A stretch of 64,000 bases of DNA. It comes from a virus. Lineage: Duplodnaviria; Caudoviricetes. Shown one piece after another: positions 9,866-19,067 of this stretch. The DNA lies in the IMG/VR virus record IMGVR_UViG_3300005714_000005, positions 32,001 through 96,000 of that record, one strand, 5' to 3'. Position numbers and translations under genes: made by a program. Within the stretch, counting starts at the first letter, position 1, and each line of letters opens with the position of its first letter. The notes under the pieces were generated by a model. That model did no database searches. It saw only the letters and a list, made by a program, of their open reading frames with translations, and was not told where the DNA came from.

Positions 9866-10624
9866 ATGGGAAAAGAAAACTATTTGAAATATTATTTGAA
9901 TCAACCAATAGAAACTTCTGTTGGTAAACCTCTCTATTGTATACTACTCAAAGATTGGGAAAATTATATAAAAATAGCAAGTAAATACTTGACAATTTGC
10001 GATTTGTTTCTAAGGAGACGTTTAGAATTGTCAGAGGAAATCAAGCTATTTGATTATATCATATTGGTTGCTATCAATGAGAATGATATTGGAAATTTAG
10101 AACAAATGTTTAGTCTAGCTTTCCGAGAACCTGTCAGATGTTTTGCTATGTTTAAACAAGGTAAAATTGACATTGAGCGAACATTCTTTGCAGTAGGAGA
10201 TTTTGACGAAAAGAAATATGTCATCAATCGTGATAACTACGAAGAAATTAGAGAAATCATGATGGAGCAATCTCTACTACATGACCCTCTAGTTGGTAAG
10301 AATGAATTGTCTCAAAAGTTGATTGACAAGGCAATAGAGAAAAAAGCAAGAAGTATGAGTAATGGTAAAAAATCAAGTACGGAAGCTATGTTGGTATTAA
10401 ACTCAACTGCATTCCCCATTGATTTAGAAACCTATACATTCTATCAACTTCAAGCTCAATATGAAATATTAAATCGCAAGGAAAATGCACTTGCGGTACA
10501 TATTTATCGTTCACAAGGAGCTAAGATAGACCCTATCATGCTCAATGAGGATTTATCTATACATGACAATCCTTATTCATTTGAAAAATTATTCAGAGTG
10601 GACAATAAACAACTTGGTGGATAA
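9866..10624 (+). CDS. Hypothetical tail assembly protein
   Basis: Position; INRDNYEEIREIMMEQ and TFYQ patterns resemble chaperone-like genes of this phage type. Confidence 0.4.
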   Translation: MGKENYLKYYLNQPIETSVGKPLYCILLKDWENYIKIASKYLTICDLFLRRRLELSEEIKLFDYIILVAINENDIGNLEQMFSLAFREPVRCFAMFKQGKIDIERTFFAVGDFDEKKYVINRDNYEEIREIMMEQSLLHDPLVGKNELSQKLIDKAIEKKARSMSNGKKSSTEAMLVLNSTAFPIDLETYTFYQLQAQYEILNRKENALAVHIYRSQGAKIDPIMLNEDLSIHDNPYSFEKLFRVDNKQLGG

Positions 10625-10690
10625 AGTCAAGATGACTTTATATATAGTGTCTATGACACAAATTTAAAAACAAGAAAGGATGATGTTTTA

Positions 10691-11437
10691 ATGGGTGCTT
10701 ATTCAGAGTATTTATTAGATGTTGCTAACATCTCAATCATTGACAATGCTACACAAATGCAATTAGCAACTGCTACATTAAAAACACACAATATTTCTCA
10801 ATCAGTTGATACTTCTGACATTCGTGGGGGTCAAGGAAATGAGTTATTAACTCGTATCAAATCAAACAAAACTGTAACTATCACTATCGAAGATGTTTGT
10901 CACAATCGTGATTTCTTAGCTTTAGCTATGGGTTCTACTGTTGAGAAAGCTAAAACAAACTTCGTAGGACATACAGTAGCTAAAGAATACACTATCGAAA
11001 CAGCAAATGAAATCACTTTAAGCCCTGCACCAAAAGCATCAACTGCTACTATCAAGTGTTGGGATTCTAAAGGAAAAGCTGTTGACGGAAATTGGGCAAC
11101 TAACAAATTAACAGTTACAGGCGCTCAAAAAGGCGAAGTATATACTGTCGGTTCTTATGAGTATGAAGTAAAAACTGGAGACTTTGTTGCAATTTCTTCT
11201 AACAAATTCTCAGGAACTTATACATTAGTAATGGAAGAGCCTGTAGTTGACTTAGACTTAAATGTAATTGCTTACAAAAAATCAGTATTTCCTCGTGTAC
11301 AAGCAGATGATTCATTTGAATTATCAGGAAGCTCTGAGCGTTCAGAGAAAACTATCTCTTACACATTTACTGCATTAAAAACTAAAGGTTCTAATGAATT
11401 AGGATACTTCTACTATGAACCAGTACCAGGTATCTAG
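10691..11437 (+). CDS. Major tail (tube) protein
   Basis: 248 aa; IRGGQGN motif; highly expressed codon style; followed by long hairpin. Confidence 0.75.
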   Translation: MGAYSEYLLDVANISIIDNATQMQLATATLKTHNISQSVDTSDIRGGQGNELLTRIKSNKTVTITIEDVCHNRDFLALAMGSTVEKAKTNFVGHTVAKEYTIETANEITLSPAPKASTATIKCWDSKGKAVDGNWATNKLTVTGAQKGEVYTVGSYEYEVKTGDFVAISSNKFSGTYTLVMEEPVVDLDLNVIAYKKSVFPRVQADDSFELSGSSERSEKTISYTFTALKTKGSNELGYFYYEPVPGI

Positions 11438-11482
11438 TTAGTTTGTAGTACCCATCTTTTTTGGTGGGTATTATCAAGCTAA
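11438..11482 (+). terminator. Long hairpin after tail tube gene (terminator or processing site)
   Basis: TTAGTTTG-TAGTACCCATC pairs with GGTGGGTATTA-CAAGCTAA. Confidence 0.55.
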
Positions 11483-11516
11483 TTATTATTTTCTGAAAAA
11501 TGAAAGGATGATATGA

Positions 11517-12071
11517 ATGAAATTAGCAAAATTAGGATTTAAGAAATTACGTTGTGTAGTTTATACACAAGATGGACAAGTAATGGTTTCACATAAAGAA
11601 GAACATATGCAACGCATTATTGATACATACGGAGCAGATTGTGTTGAGATTTATAATCCAACAGAAAATGTACGCTCTCAAATTTTAGAATTATTAGAAG
11701 GTGGGCGTAAAGGATTTGAAAAAGTTGAATTAGGTAATATGGCTTTGTTAAAATCAATTGCTTTATTAACAAATATCGACTTTGGAGATTTAACAGATGA
11801 AGAAGCACAAGCTATTGTTAATAACCCAGGTGACATTCTTGAAGCAGTAAGTAATGAAGTATCTGCAATTCATATCGCATTATTACGTGGGCAATTCACA
11901 ATTGCACAGTCATTAGCGACAATGCCTGAAGCTATCAAGAAACCGATGGTCGAAGAATTAGTAAAAAGCACAATGACTGAGGAAGAAATTCAAAAGCAAC
12001 AAGAAATTAAAGAATTAGAAAAACAAATGAAACTATTAGAAGAAAAGAAGAAAGCCTTAAAAGGTGAATAG
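11517..12071 (+). CDS. Putative tail assembly chaperone
   Basis: Between tail tube and tape measure; C-terminal coiled coil. Confidence 0.5.
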   Translation: MKLAKLGFKKLRCVVYTQDGQVMVSHKEEHMQRIIDTYGADCVEIYNPTENVRSQILELLEGGRKGFEKVELGNMALLKSIALLTNIDFGDLTDEEAQAIVNNPGDILEAVSNEVSAIHIALLRGQFTIAQSLATMPEAIKKPMVEELVKSTMTEEEIQKQQEIKELEKQMKLLEEKKKALKGE

Positions 12072-12073
12072 TT

Positions 12074-12550
12074 ATGAATAATGACCTTAAAGCCTTTAAT
12101 AAACAAATTGTAAATCAATTCTACAAAGACTTGTATGCAGTATTGAATAGTAATGAATGTAAAAGATATTTCATTGAATTAATGACTCAATCAATTGAGG
12201 AAGAAGTTTATGACCGTTATTCACCTAAACAGTATGAGCGTAGACGTGAAGATGGCGGTTTGATTGATGAGAAGAATTATACCTACAGTGTGAAATTTGA
12301 TAAAGATGGCATTACCGTCTACATGAAGAATATCACACGAGGCGTAGGTCGTGCTTTCATGATTGATGAAGGAATTGTCGAAGGAATAGGCTTTTATGAT
12401 TGGGAAAAGAGTAACATTTATAAACTTCAACAAAATGGGGGATTCCCTCGTGACTTCTATACATACATGGAAATTTTAGTAGAAGATGATATTAAGTTTA
12501 AAAATATAATTCATAAGCAAATGGGCAAAAAAGGTTGGAAATTAATCTGA
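12074..12550 (+). CDS. Hypothetical tail protein
   Basis: VYDRYSPKQYERR...GGL and PRDF motifs; position before tape measure. Confidence 0.5.
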   Translation: MNNDLKAFNKQIVNQFYKDLYAVLNSNECKRYFIELMTQSIEEEVYDRYSPKQYERRREDGGLIDEKNYTYSVKFDKDGITVYMKNITRGVGRAFMIDEGIVEGIGFYDWEKSNIYKLQQNGGFPRDFYTYMEILVEDDIKFKNIIHKQMGKKGWKLI

Positions 12551-12646
12551 AGGGGAGAGACACGAAATTAGGACACATTAGGTCTAATTACCATGTGTTT
12601 CTCCCCTTTTCTTTTTCGCTCAAGAAAGGAAGTGAGGACACATGGC
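12550..12646 (+). promoter_or_regulatory. Structured leader of tape measure gene (terminator-like hairpin / RBS sequestrator)
   Basis: 14-bp stem 12550-12563 / 12595-12608 plus U tract; 12591-12598 is also complementary to 12638-12645 covering the AUG. Confidence 0.6.
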
Positions 12647-15600
12647 TATTGGATTTAGCTATACGCTATCACCTGATGAGTCCAAATCAATGGCTGAGTT
12701 ACAGAAGTTTATTGATAAAGTTTCAAACAAGAAAATAGATATAAAATTAAATTTAGGTGATTTAATAGGCAAGGGTGCGGGCATTCAAGTTGGTGATGAA
12801 GTAGGTAAGAGCATTGGAGACGGAATTGCCAAAGGTGTTGAACAAAGCACAGAAAAAGTTCGCCAAGCAACTGATAGACAAATCAAGCTAGTACAAGACA
12901 GATTAAACAATAGTTTAAATAATTTAACACTTCGAGCTGACAGTAAAGGATTGCAAGGATTATTGCCCGTTGATGATATTATAGCTCAGATTGATAAGCT
13001 AGGTCAATCAGGAGAAAGTCTTAGACAAATAAATTTAACTGCGGCAGAAATTCGTGCAGAGTTGCAAATGTGGGGACAAGCCTTAAATAATGATAGCAAA
13101 GAATTAGAAGAAGTTGTAGGACTTGCAGGTGAATTAGCCGATAAAGTTGCCAAACAAAAGGAAACTGCTTTAAACAATCAAGCATTACAACAACAGATAA
13201 AACTCAAACAAGCAGATATTGAGAAAGAAGTAGAGCGAATTAGATTAACTAAGGAATATTTGCAATTATCTGAAAAAGAGAAATTGGCTTTCGATAAAAA
13301 AGCAGAAGCTATGCAAATAGAAGCCTATGCAATGGAAGGTGTATCTCAACAATTTGAGGAATATACACACCAATTAAAAGAGGAAGAGCAGTTAATGACT
13401 GCCAAACGAATTGATGACGTAGCAGATGCTTATGACAAATTGAGTGGCACAATCCAAAACTTAGTTGTACGTTATGCTTCATTACAATTGGTACTTCACA
13501 AAATGAAAGAATATTTTCAAGAAGCAGTCCAATATGTATATGATATTGATGACGCTTATACTGACGTTGCAGTATCAATGGATATTACACGAGAAGAATT
13601 TGCTAAGTGGACAGAAGATGCGAAAGAAATAGCCTATGCAAATGGGGTAGCAACAACTTCTATCATGGACATGGTTAAAATCTACGCTTCTGCGGGTGAG
13701 GAAATTGGTGATATTTCAGATAAACTTGCAGGTACTGCCATGATTCAGAATATCACTCAATTTGATACTGAAACTACTACCAACATTGTAAACTCAATTA
13801 TCGCACAGTTCAAGCTATTAGACAAGGAAATTAATGGTACAACAGGAAATGTTGCAAATGCAATTGAGTACATGGGTGATAGATTAATTGCAATTTCCAA
13901 TGAATTATCTATTGACAACATTAAAGGTATTCAAGAGATGGCAAATGCCATTGATGACGCAGGTTCGGTAATCAATGCTAGCGGTGGTACTATGGAATGG
14001 TACATGGGTGTTACGAGTGCATTAGCCGAAGCGACTAACTCAACGGGAAGCGAGATCGGGGCAACGATGCGAATGGTAACTGCTCGTACTCTTCGTCAGG
14101 GTGAAGCTGTATCAGAACTTGAAGCATCAGGTGAAGATTTAGAATTTGCCATGTCTAAAGCCGAGGATGCTTTAAAAGGTATTGGTGTAACAATTCGTGG
14201 TGAAACTGCCGACTCATTAAGAGGTATCGAAGAAATTATTGATGACGTAGCAGATGCTTGGGATACTTTATCGGATTCACAACGTCAAGCAGTATCAGAA
14301 GCAATGGCAGGTACTCAACGTTCTTCTATGTTTTTCGCATTAATTGAGAACTATGAGAAAGTAAAAGAACTACGCGAGATTGGTCTAAATGCAGAAGATG
14401 AATTAGCTAAAGCTAACCAAGTTCGTGTTGAATCGTTAGCAGGTTTGCAAGGTCAGTTAGAAGTAACAAAACAAGCACTTTATGCAACTCTCCTAAGCCA
14501 AGATGATATGATGGGCATCTTAAAAGGTAGCGACTTCTTATTACAAGGATTAACAAAAGTTGTTGCATTTATCAAAGATCATGCAGTAGTCATTATTGGC
14601 ACACTTGTAACTAGCTTTACTGCCTTAGAATTAAAAATGTATTCATTGGGCAAAGGTGGGGCAATTTTAGCTGCACAAAATAAAATAGCTTCATTCGTAA
14701 AAGCTATTGGAACTTTAATGCAACAGTTAGGATTGGCAACAACAGTTCTCGGTGGTTTTTGGGGAGCTATGGCTATCACAGGTGGCATAGCAGTAGGAAT
14801 AAGTGCATTTACTGCATTGAATAATAAAATAAAAGAAACAAAAGAAACCATTGAGGGAGTAACGGAAGTTACTGAAAACCTAAATGATACATTAGAAAAA
14901 GTCGAAATGACAGGTAAGTTGGTAGACCAATATAAAAAAGCTAATGAAGAATTAGAAACTATGTTGGTTGGTACAGACGAATATGCCGAGAAGCAAGAAG
15001 AAATCATTAGCTTAAAACAACAGTTAATGAAATATTCTCCTGAGTATAAGTCATTATTGGAAAACGAAACTTTAGAGTTAGAAAAACAATACAACATCAT
15101 GAAAGGTATGTTGGACTTAGAGTCTAGGGAAGCTATTCAAGAAGCAATCGACAATTTACCTAAAGCAAGTACAGGAATCGAAACCAAACGTGCAAGAGGT
15201 ATTGTAGGTAATCTTGATGACGTTGAACAACTACTGCAAAATTTTGTAAAAGCAAAAGAAGATTATGAGGCATTGGTAGCAAATCAAGCTAATGTTCCAA
15301 TTGAGCAAATGAGAGAATATCAAAATCAAATGGAAATAGCAAGAAAGAATATGGAGCAATCTGAAAAAGATTTCCGAGATTCAATGTCGCCATTATCAGA
15401 TTCTTTATCTTGGGTAGAAAATTATAATGAAGCCATTAAAAAAGGTATAGAAACATTTGCAGATATTGGTGGTCGTAATCCTATTGAGTTACCTGACGGA
15501 ACAGTAGAAAAATATCAAGATATTGCAAGTTTATATTATGACATCAAGGGAATGGCAGAAGAAACTACAGAAAATGCTAAGGAACAAGCCTCAGTATTAG

Positions 15601-18600
15601 AAAGTATTAAAAATATGGAAGTGGGTAAAACTTTCAAACTTGACAACCTAAATTCAGAAGGCTTAAATCAGTTAATTGGCGAACTTGGCAGAGTTAAAAA
15701 TAGTGGAGAAGAAGCTGAATTAATTCTCAAGAAAATGAAAAGTGCATTTAGCGATATACCTGAAGATATAGAAACCTTAGCAGATGCTATTGATTATCTA
15801 AATGATAAAATCAAAGATACTACTGAAGCGTCAAAATTAAAAGAATTGAATGACGATTATATCAAATTGGGAGAGAATATGCAAGAAGCCCAAAAGCTAC
15901 TAAACTCTCTATTAGACACTCCTTCTATTGATACATTAAGAAGAGCATTTGATTCAGATTTACTGAATGACTTCAATGGTTCATTTACTGATACTGTTGC
16001 GATAGCAGACCATCTTACAAATAAAATTAGAGAGATGGAAGATGCAATGTACTCTGCTACTGCAAACATGGCATTGGCAAATAATCAAGCGTGGGATGAC
16101 ATGACATCTAAAATGGCAGAATCGCTAGGTACAAGTGTAAATGACTTTCAAGATTTTGTCAACAAAGTTAATGGTTTAAGACAAGTTGATTTGAAAAATT
16201 GTGAAAATGCAACACAGGCTCAGAATTTAATGGAAGCTCAATTGGCTACGAATGGTATGAAATACTATGTAGAGATGATTAACTCTAAGGCTAGTAATCG
16301 TCAAACAGATATGCAAAATGTTATTGAGTTCTTAAATACACAAGGAGCAAAAGAAGCTCAAACTGTACAACAACTAGCAGATATGTGGGCAGCATTTTAC
16401 AAAGCAAAAGCAGACGCCATCAATGCAGAAATTCAAGAGTTCAACAAGAAAGTTGGAGAGATGAACAAGATGGGGCATAGCCTTGATTCTTGGGAAGGCT
16501 TCGAAGACATGATTATGGGTAAAAATGGTGTCTCTAAAACAGCTAAACATCAGTATTCAAAACTCCAAGAACAGTTGACTTCTTTAAATAACTTAAACTC
16601 AAGTTTCACAAACTATTTCGCAGGAATTAAAGATACATTCAAAGGAATAACTGGTGGATTATCACAATCTTTAGCAAGTACCGAAAAATTAACAAACTTT
16701 ATCAAAAACTACGGTAAAGATTCGAAGAAGAAGAAAGATAGTTCCAAAGATAAAAATAAAGATAAAGATAAAAAAGAAATAGCGGATTTAGATTTAAAAA
16801 TTGATAAATTTAGAGAGTATGAAGAGGCGGTCAACAGAGCTTCTGAGGCTCTACAAAGAAATCAAGAAGCCCAACGTATGGTAAGTTCTAAATCTGAACT
16901 GAAGAAACTCTTAACAGATGAAATCGACCTGATGAAGAAGAAAAAAGAGTCATTAGGTAAATTACAAGAAGAATACAAAAAAGAGCAAGAGTTCTTAAAA
17001 AGTCGTCTTGAAATATCAGGACTTATCTTCAAGGGTGATGAAATAGCAGGAGATAAGATTACTGGTGGTTCGGTGGCAGACCGTTTAAAAGATGCAGAAA
17101 AATGGTCTAATGCTGCTTCAGGTAAAGAAAAAGAGTGGCGTATAAATGATACTGTAAACTTCCAAAAGAACATTGATGCTTACTACGAATTAATGAACCA
17201 ATTGGGGAAAGTCACTTCTGAATACAATGACATGGTTTTTGAAATTGAGCAAACGAAGAAAGCTCATGAAGAACTTCTAAAACAGATTGAGAATTTGGTT
17301 GATAGATACTATGAACTAGAAGATGCGATTAGTGATACAGGTCGTGCATTAGATAGATTCAGACGTAAAAAAGATGACTTGACTACAGTTGAGGAAGCCA
17401 TTGCATATCATAAGGAAGAAAACAAACTAATCCAAGATAAAATCAATGCCTACGAAAAACTTTTAGCAGAGCAAAATAAAGCTAAGGAAGAAAGTAGAAA
17501 AGAGTTAGCTTCAAAAGGATTCAAGTTTGATGAATTTGGCAATGTTATCAATTATAAAGACAGAATTAAAGAACTACAAGACTATGCAAATACATTAGCA
17601 GGCAATGCTCAAAAAGCTCAGATTGAACACATTGAGTCATTGAATGAGATGATTAACAAGTATACTGACTTAACCAATAGTGCAATTCCTAAAACTGAAG
17701 ATGCTATTCTTGACTTAAAAGATGAAATTAAAGATGCTAATAAAGAATTTGAGGAAATGATTAAAACAGTTGAGAAACTTGGTGAGAAATACTATGGCTT
17801 AACTGTATTGCTAAATAAAATTGACTCTGCTTTAGCATTGAATAAAACTTTACAAGAGAGTGCAACTGGTGAAAGACGAGTTGAGCTATTGAATGAAGAA
17901 ATCAAGTTAATCAGAGAGAAACAAAGTTTACTAATGCAACAAAAAGAAGCATACGAACAAACTGCTAGTTCTCTCAAAGGTCAATTAGTGGAATATGGTG
18001 TTGCTTTCAAAGAAGATAGAACTATTAGCAACTACGAGTGGTTGGCAGAAATGTATGAGAAACGTGCTAATGCCTTAGTTGGTGAAGCAAGAGATAAAGT
18101 ATTGAAAGAATACGAAAAACTTGTTGAATTGATGAAAGAGTATGACGAAGTGACTTTAGATAGCTTACCTCATCTTACTCAAGAATGGGAGAAATATTCA
18201 AACACTATCAAAGACATTGAAAAAAGTAAACTTGAGTCAATCACCAATGTTGAGAAAAAGATAACAAGTGCTTTAGAAAGTGAATTGACTAAACGATACA
18301 ATCGTATCAAAGAGTCTATTCAAAAACAAAAAGACTTGTACAATAAACAGTATCAACAAGAAGATTGGGATAAGAAGTTATCTGCTGAACAACGTAAGCT
18401 AGACGAAATCAAGCAACAAATGGTGGAGTTATCAAGAGATACATCTGCCTCAGGTCAAGCCAAACTTGAGCAACTGAAACAAGAATATCAACAACAGTTA
18501 GATGCTATCAATGACATGATTAGAGAAAATGAGAAAGAGTTAGGTAATCAACGTTTTGATGAAGAAATCAATAAGATTGAAGAAGAACTCAAAGACGCTA

Positions 18601-19019
18601 TTTCTCCTGAGAATCTTGCCAACATGGTAAATCAAGCATTAGTATCAGGATTTGCAACTGTTGGAGACGAGGTTGTAGAATTAAATGCTCTCATGACTGA
18701 TTGGTTAAACAAAACAGGTGATGGTTTATATTCTATTGGTGACTACTTGAAAAATGAATTGATTGCTAGTTTACAAGAGGCTAAGATTTTAATGCAAGAT
18801 GTAGGAATAACTGGCGATATTGCAAGTCGTTCAATGAGAACTATCGTAGACGCAGACGTTAATCCTAGAGGTAGAAATACAGGAGTAGTCTTTAATGCAC
18901 CTTTCCTAGAAATTCAAGGAAATATTACAGAAGAAGTATTCCCACGAGTTCAATCTATGATTCAAACTGCTAAAAATGAAATCATTACCGATATTGAAAG
19001 AGTTATTAATCAAAATTAA
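12642..19019 (+). CDS. Tail tape measure protein
   Basis: 2125 aa; helical, Ala/Glu/Lys-rich; TP901-like core region; hydrophobic segment near aa 650-730. Confidence 0.9.
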   Translation: MAIGFSYTLSPDESKSMAELQKFIDKVSNKKIDIKLNLGDLIGKGAGIQVGDEVGKSIGDGIAKGVEQSTEKVRQATDRQIKLVQDRLNNSLNNLTLRADSKGLQGLLPVDDIIAQIDKLGQSGESLRQINLTAAEIRAELQMWGQALNNDSKELEEVVGLAGELADKVAKQKETALNNQALQQQIKLKQADIEKEVERIRLTKEYLQLSEKEKLAFDKKAEAMQIEAYAMEGVSQQFEEYTHQLKEEEQLMTAKRIDDVADAYDKLSGTIQNLVVRYASLQLVLHKMKEYFQEAVQYVYDIDDAYTDVAVSMDITREEFAKWTEDAKEIAYANGVATTSIMDMVKIYASAGEEIGDISDKLAGTAMIQNITQFDTETTTNIVNSIIAQFKLLDKEINGTTGNVANAIEYMGDRLIAISNELSIDNIKGIQEMANAIDDAGSVINASGGTMEWYMGVTSALAEATNSTGSEIGATMRMVTARTLRQGEAVSELEASGEDLEFAMSKAEDALKGIGVTIRGETADSLRGIEEIIDDVADAWDTLSDSQRQAVSEAMAGTQRSSMFFALIENYEKVKELREIGLNAEDELAKANQVRVESLAGLQGQLEVTKQALYATLLSQDDMMGILKGSDFLLQGLTKVVAFIKDHAVVIIGTLVTSFTALELKMYSLGKGGAILAAQNKIASFVKAIGTLMQQLGLATTVLGGFWGAMAITGGIAVGISAFTALNNKIKETKETIEGVTEVTENLNDTLEKVEMTGKLVDQYKKANEELETMLVGTDEYAEKQEEIISLKQQLMKYSPEYKSLLENETLELEKQYNIMKGMLDLESREAIQEAIDNLPKASTGIETKRARGIVGNLDDVEQLLQNFVKAKEDYEALVANQANVPIEQMREYQNQMEIARKNMEQSEKDFRDSMSPLSDSLSWVENYNEAIKKGIETFADIGGRNPIELPDGTVEKYQDIASLYYDIKGMAEETTENAKEQASVLESIKNMEVGKTFKLDNLNSEGLNQLIGELGRVKNSGEEAELILKKMKSAFSDIPEDIETLADAIDYLNDKIKDTTEASKLKELNDDYIKLGENMQEAQKLLNSLLDTPSIDTLRRAFDSDLLNDFNGSFTDTVAIADHLTNKIREMEDAMYSATANMALANNQAWDDMTSKMAESLGTSVNDFQDFVNKVNGLRQVDLKNCENATQAQNLMEAQLATNGMKYYVEMINSKASNRQTDMQNVIEFLNTQGAKEAQTVQQLADMWAAFYKAKADAINAEIQEFNKKVGEMNKMGHSLDSWEGFEDMIMGKNGVSKTAKHQYSKLQEQLTSLNNLNSSFTNYFAGIKDTFKGITGGLSQSLASTEKLTNFIKNYGKDSKKKKDSSKDKNKDKDKKEIADLDLKIDKFREYEEAVNRASEALQRNQEAQRMVSSKSELKKLLTDEIDLMKKKKESLGKLQEEYKKEQEFLKSRLEISGLIFKGDEIAGDKITGGSVADRLKDAEKWSNAASGKEKEWRINDTVNFQKNIDAYYELMNQLGKVTSEYNDMVFEIEQTKKAHEELLKQIENLVDRYYELEDAISDTGRALDRFRRKKDDLTTVEEAIAYHKEENKLIQDKINAYEKLLAEQNKAKEESRKELASKGFKFDEFGNVINYKDRIKELQDYANTLAGNAQKAQIEHIESLNEMINKYTDLTNSAIPKTEDAILDLKDEIKDANKEFEEMIKTVEKLGEKYYGLTVLLNKIDSALALNKTLQESATGERRVELLNEEIKLIREKQSLLMQQKEAYEQTASSLKGQLVEYGVAFKEDRTISNYEWLAEMYEKRANALVGEARDKVLKEYEKLVELMKEYDEVTLDSLPHLTQEWEKYSNTIKDIEKSKLESITNVEKKITSALESELTKRYNRIKESIQKQKDLYNKQYQQEDWDKKLSAEQRKLDEIKQQMVELSRDTSASGQAKLEQLKQEYQQQLDAINDMIRENEKELGNQRFDEEINKIEEELKDAISPENLANMVNQALVSGFATVGDEVVELNALMTDWLNKTGDGLYSIGDYLKNELIASLQEAKILMQDVGITGDIASRSMRTIVDADVNPRGRNTGVVFNAPFLEIQGNITEEVFPRVQSMIQTAKNEIITDIERVINQN

Positions 19020-19042
19020 GAGAGGGTAACACCTCTCTTTTT
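19018..19042 (+). terminator. Intrinsic terminator after tape measure
   Basis: AAGAGAGG/CCTCTCTT stem with T run. Confidence 0.7.
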
Positions 19043-19067
19043 ATTATTACAAGAAAGGGGGTAGGAA

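Noticed and set aside
11990-12080. Programmed -1 frameshift of a tail assembly chaperone
   Set aside because: No convincing X XXY YYZ slippery heptamer near the end of 11517-12071, and the next ORF has its own SD and ATG.
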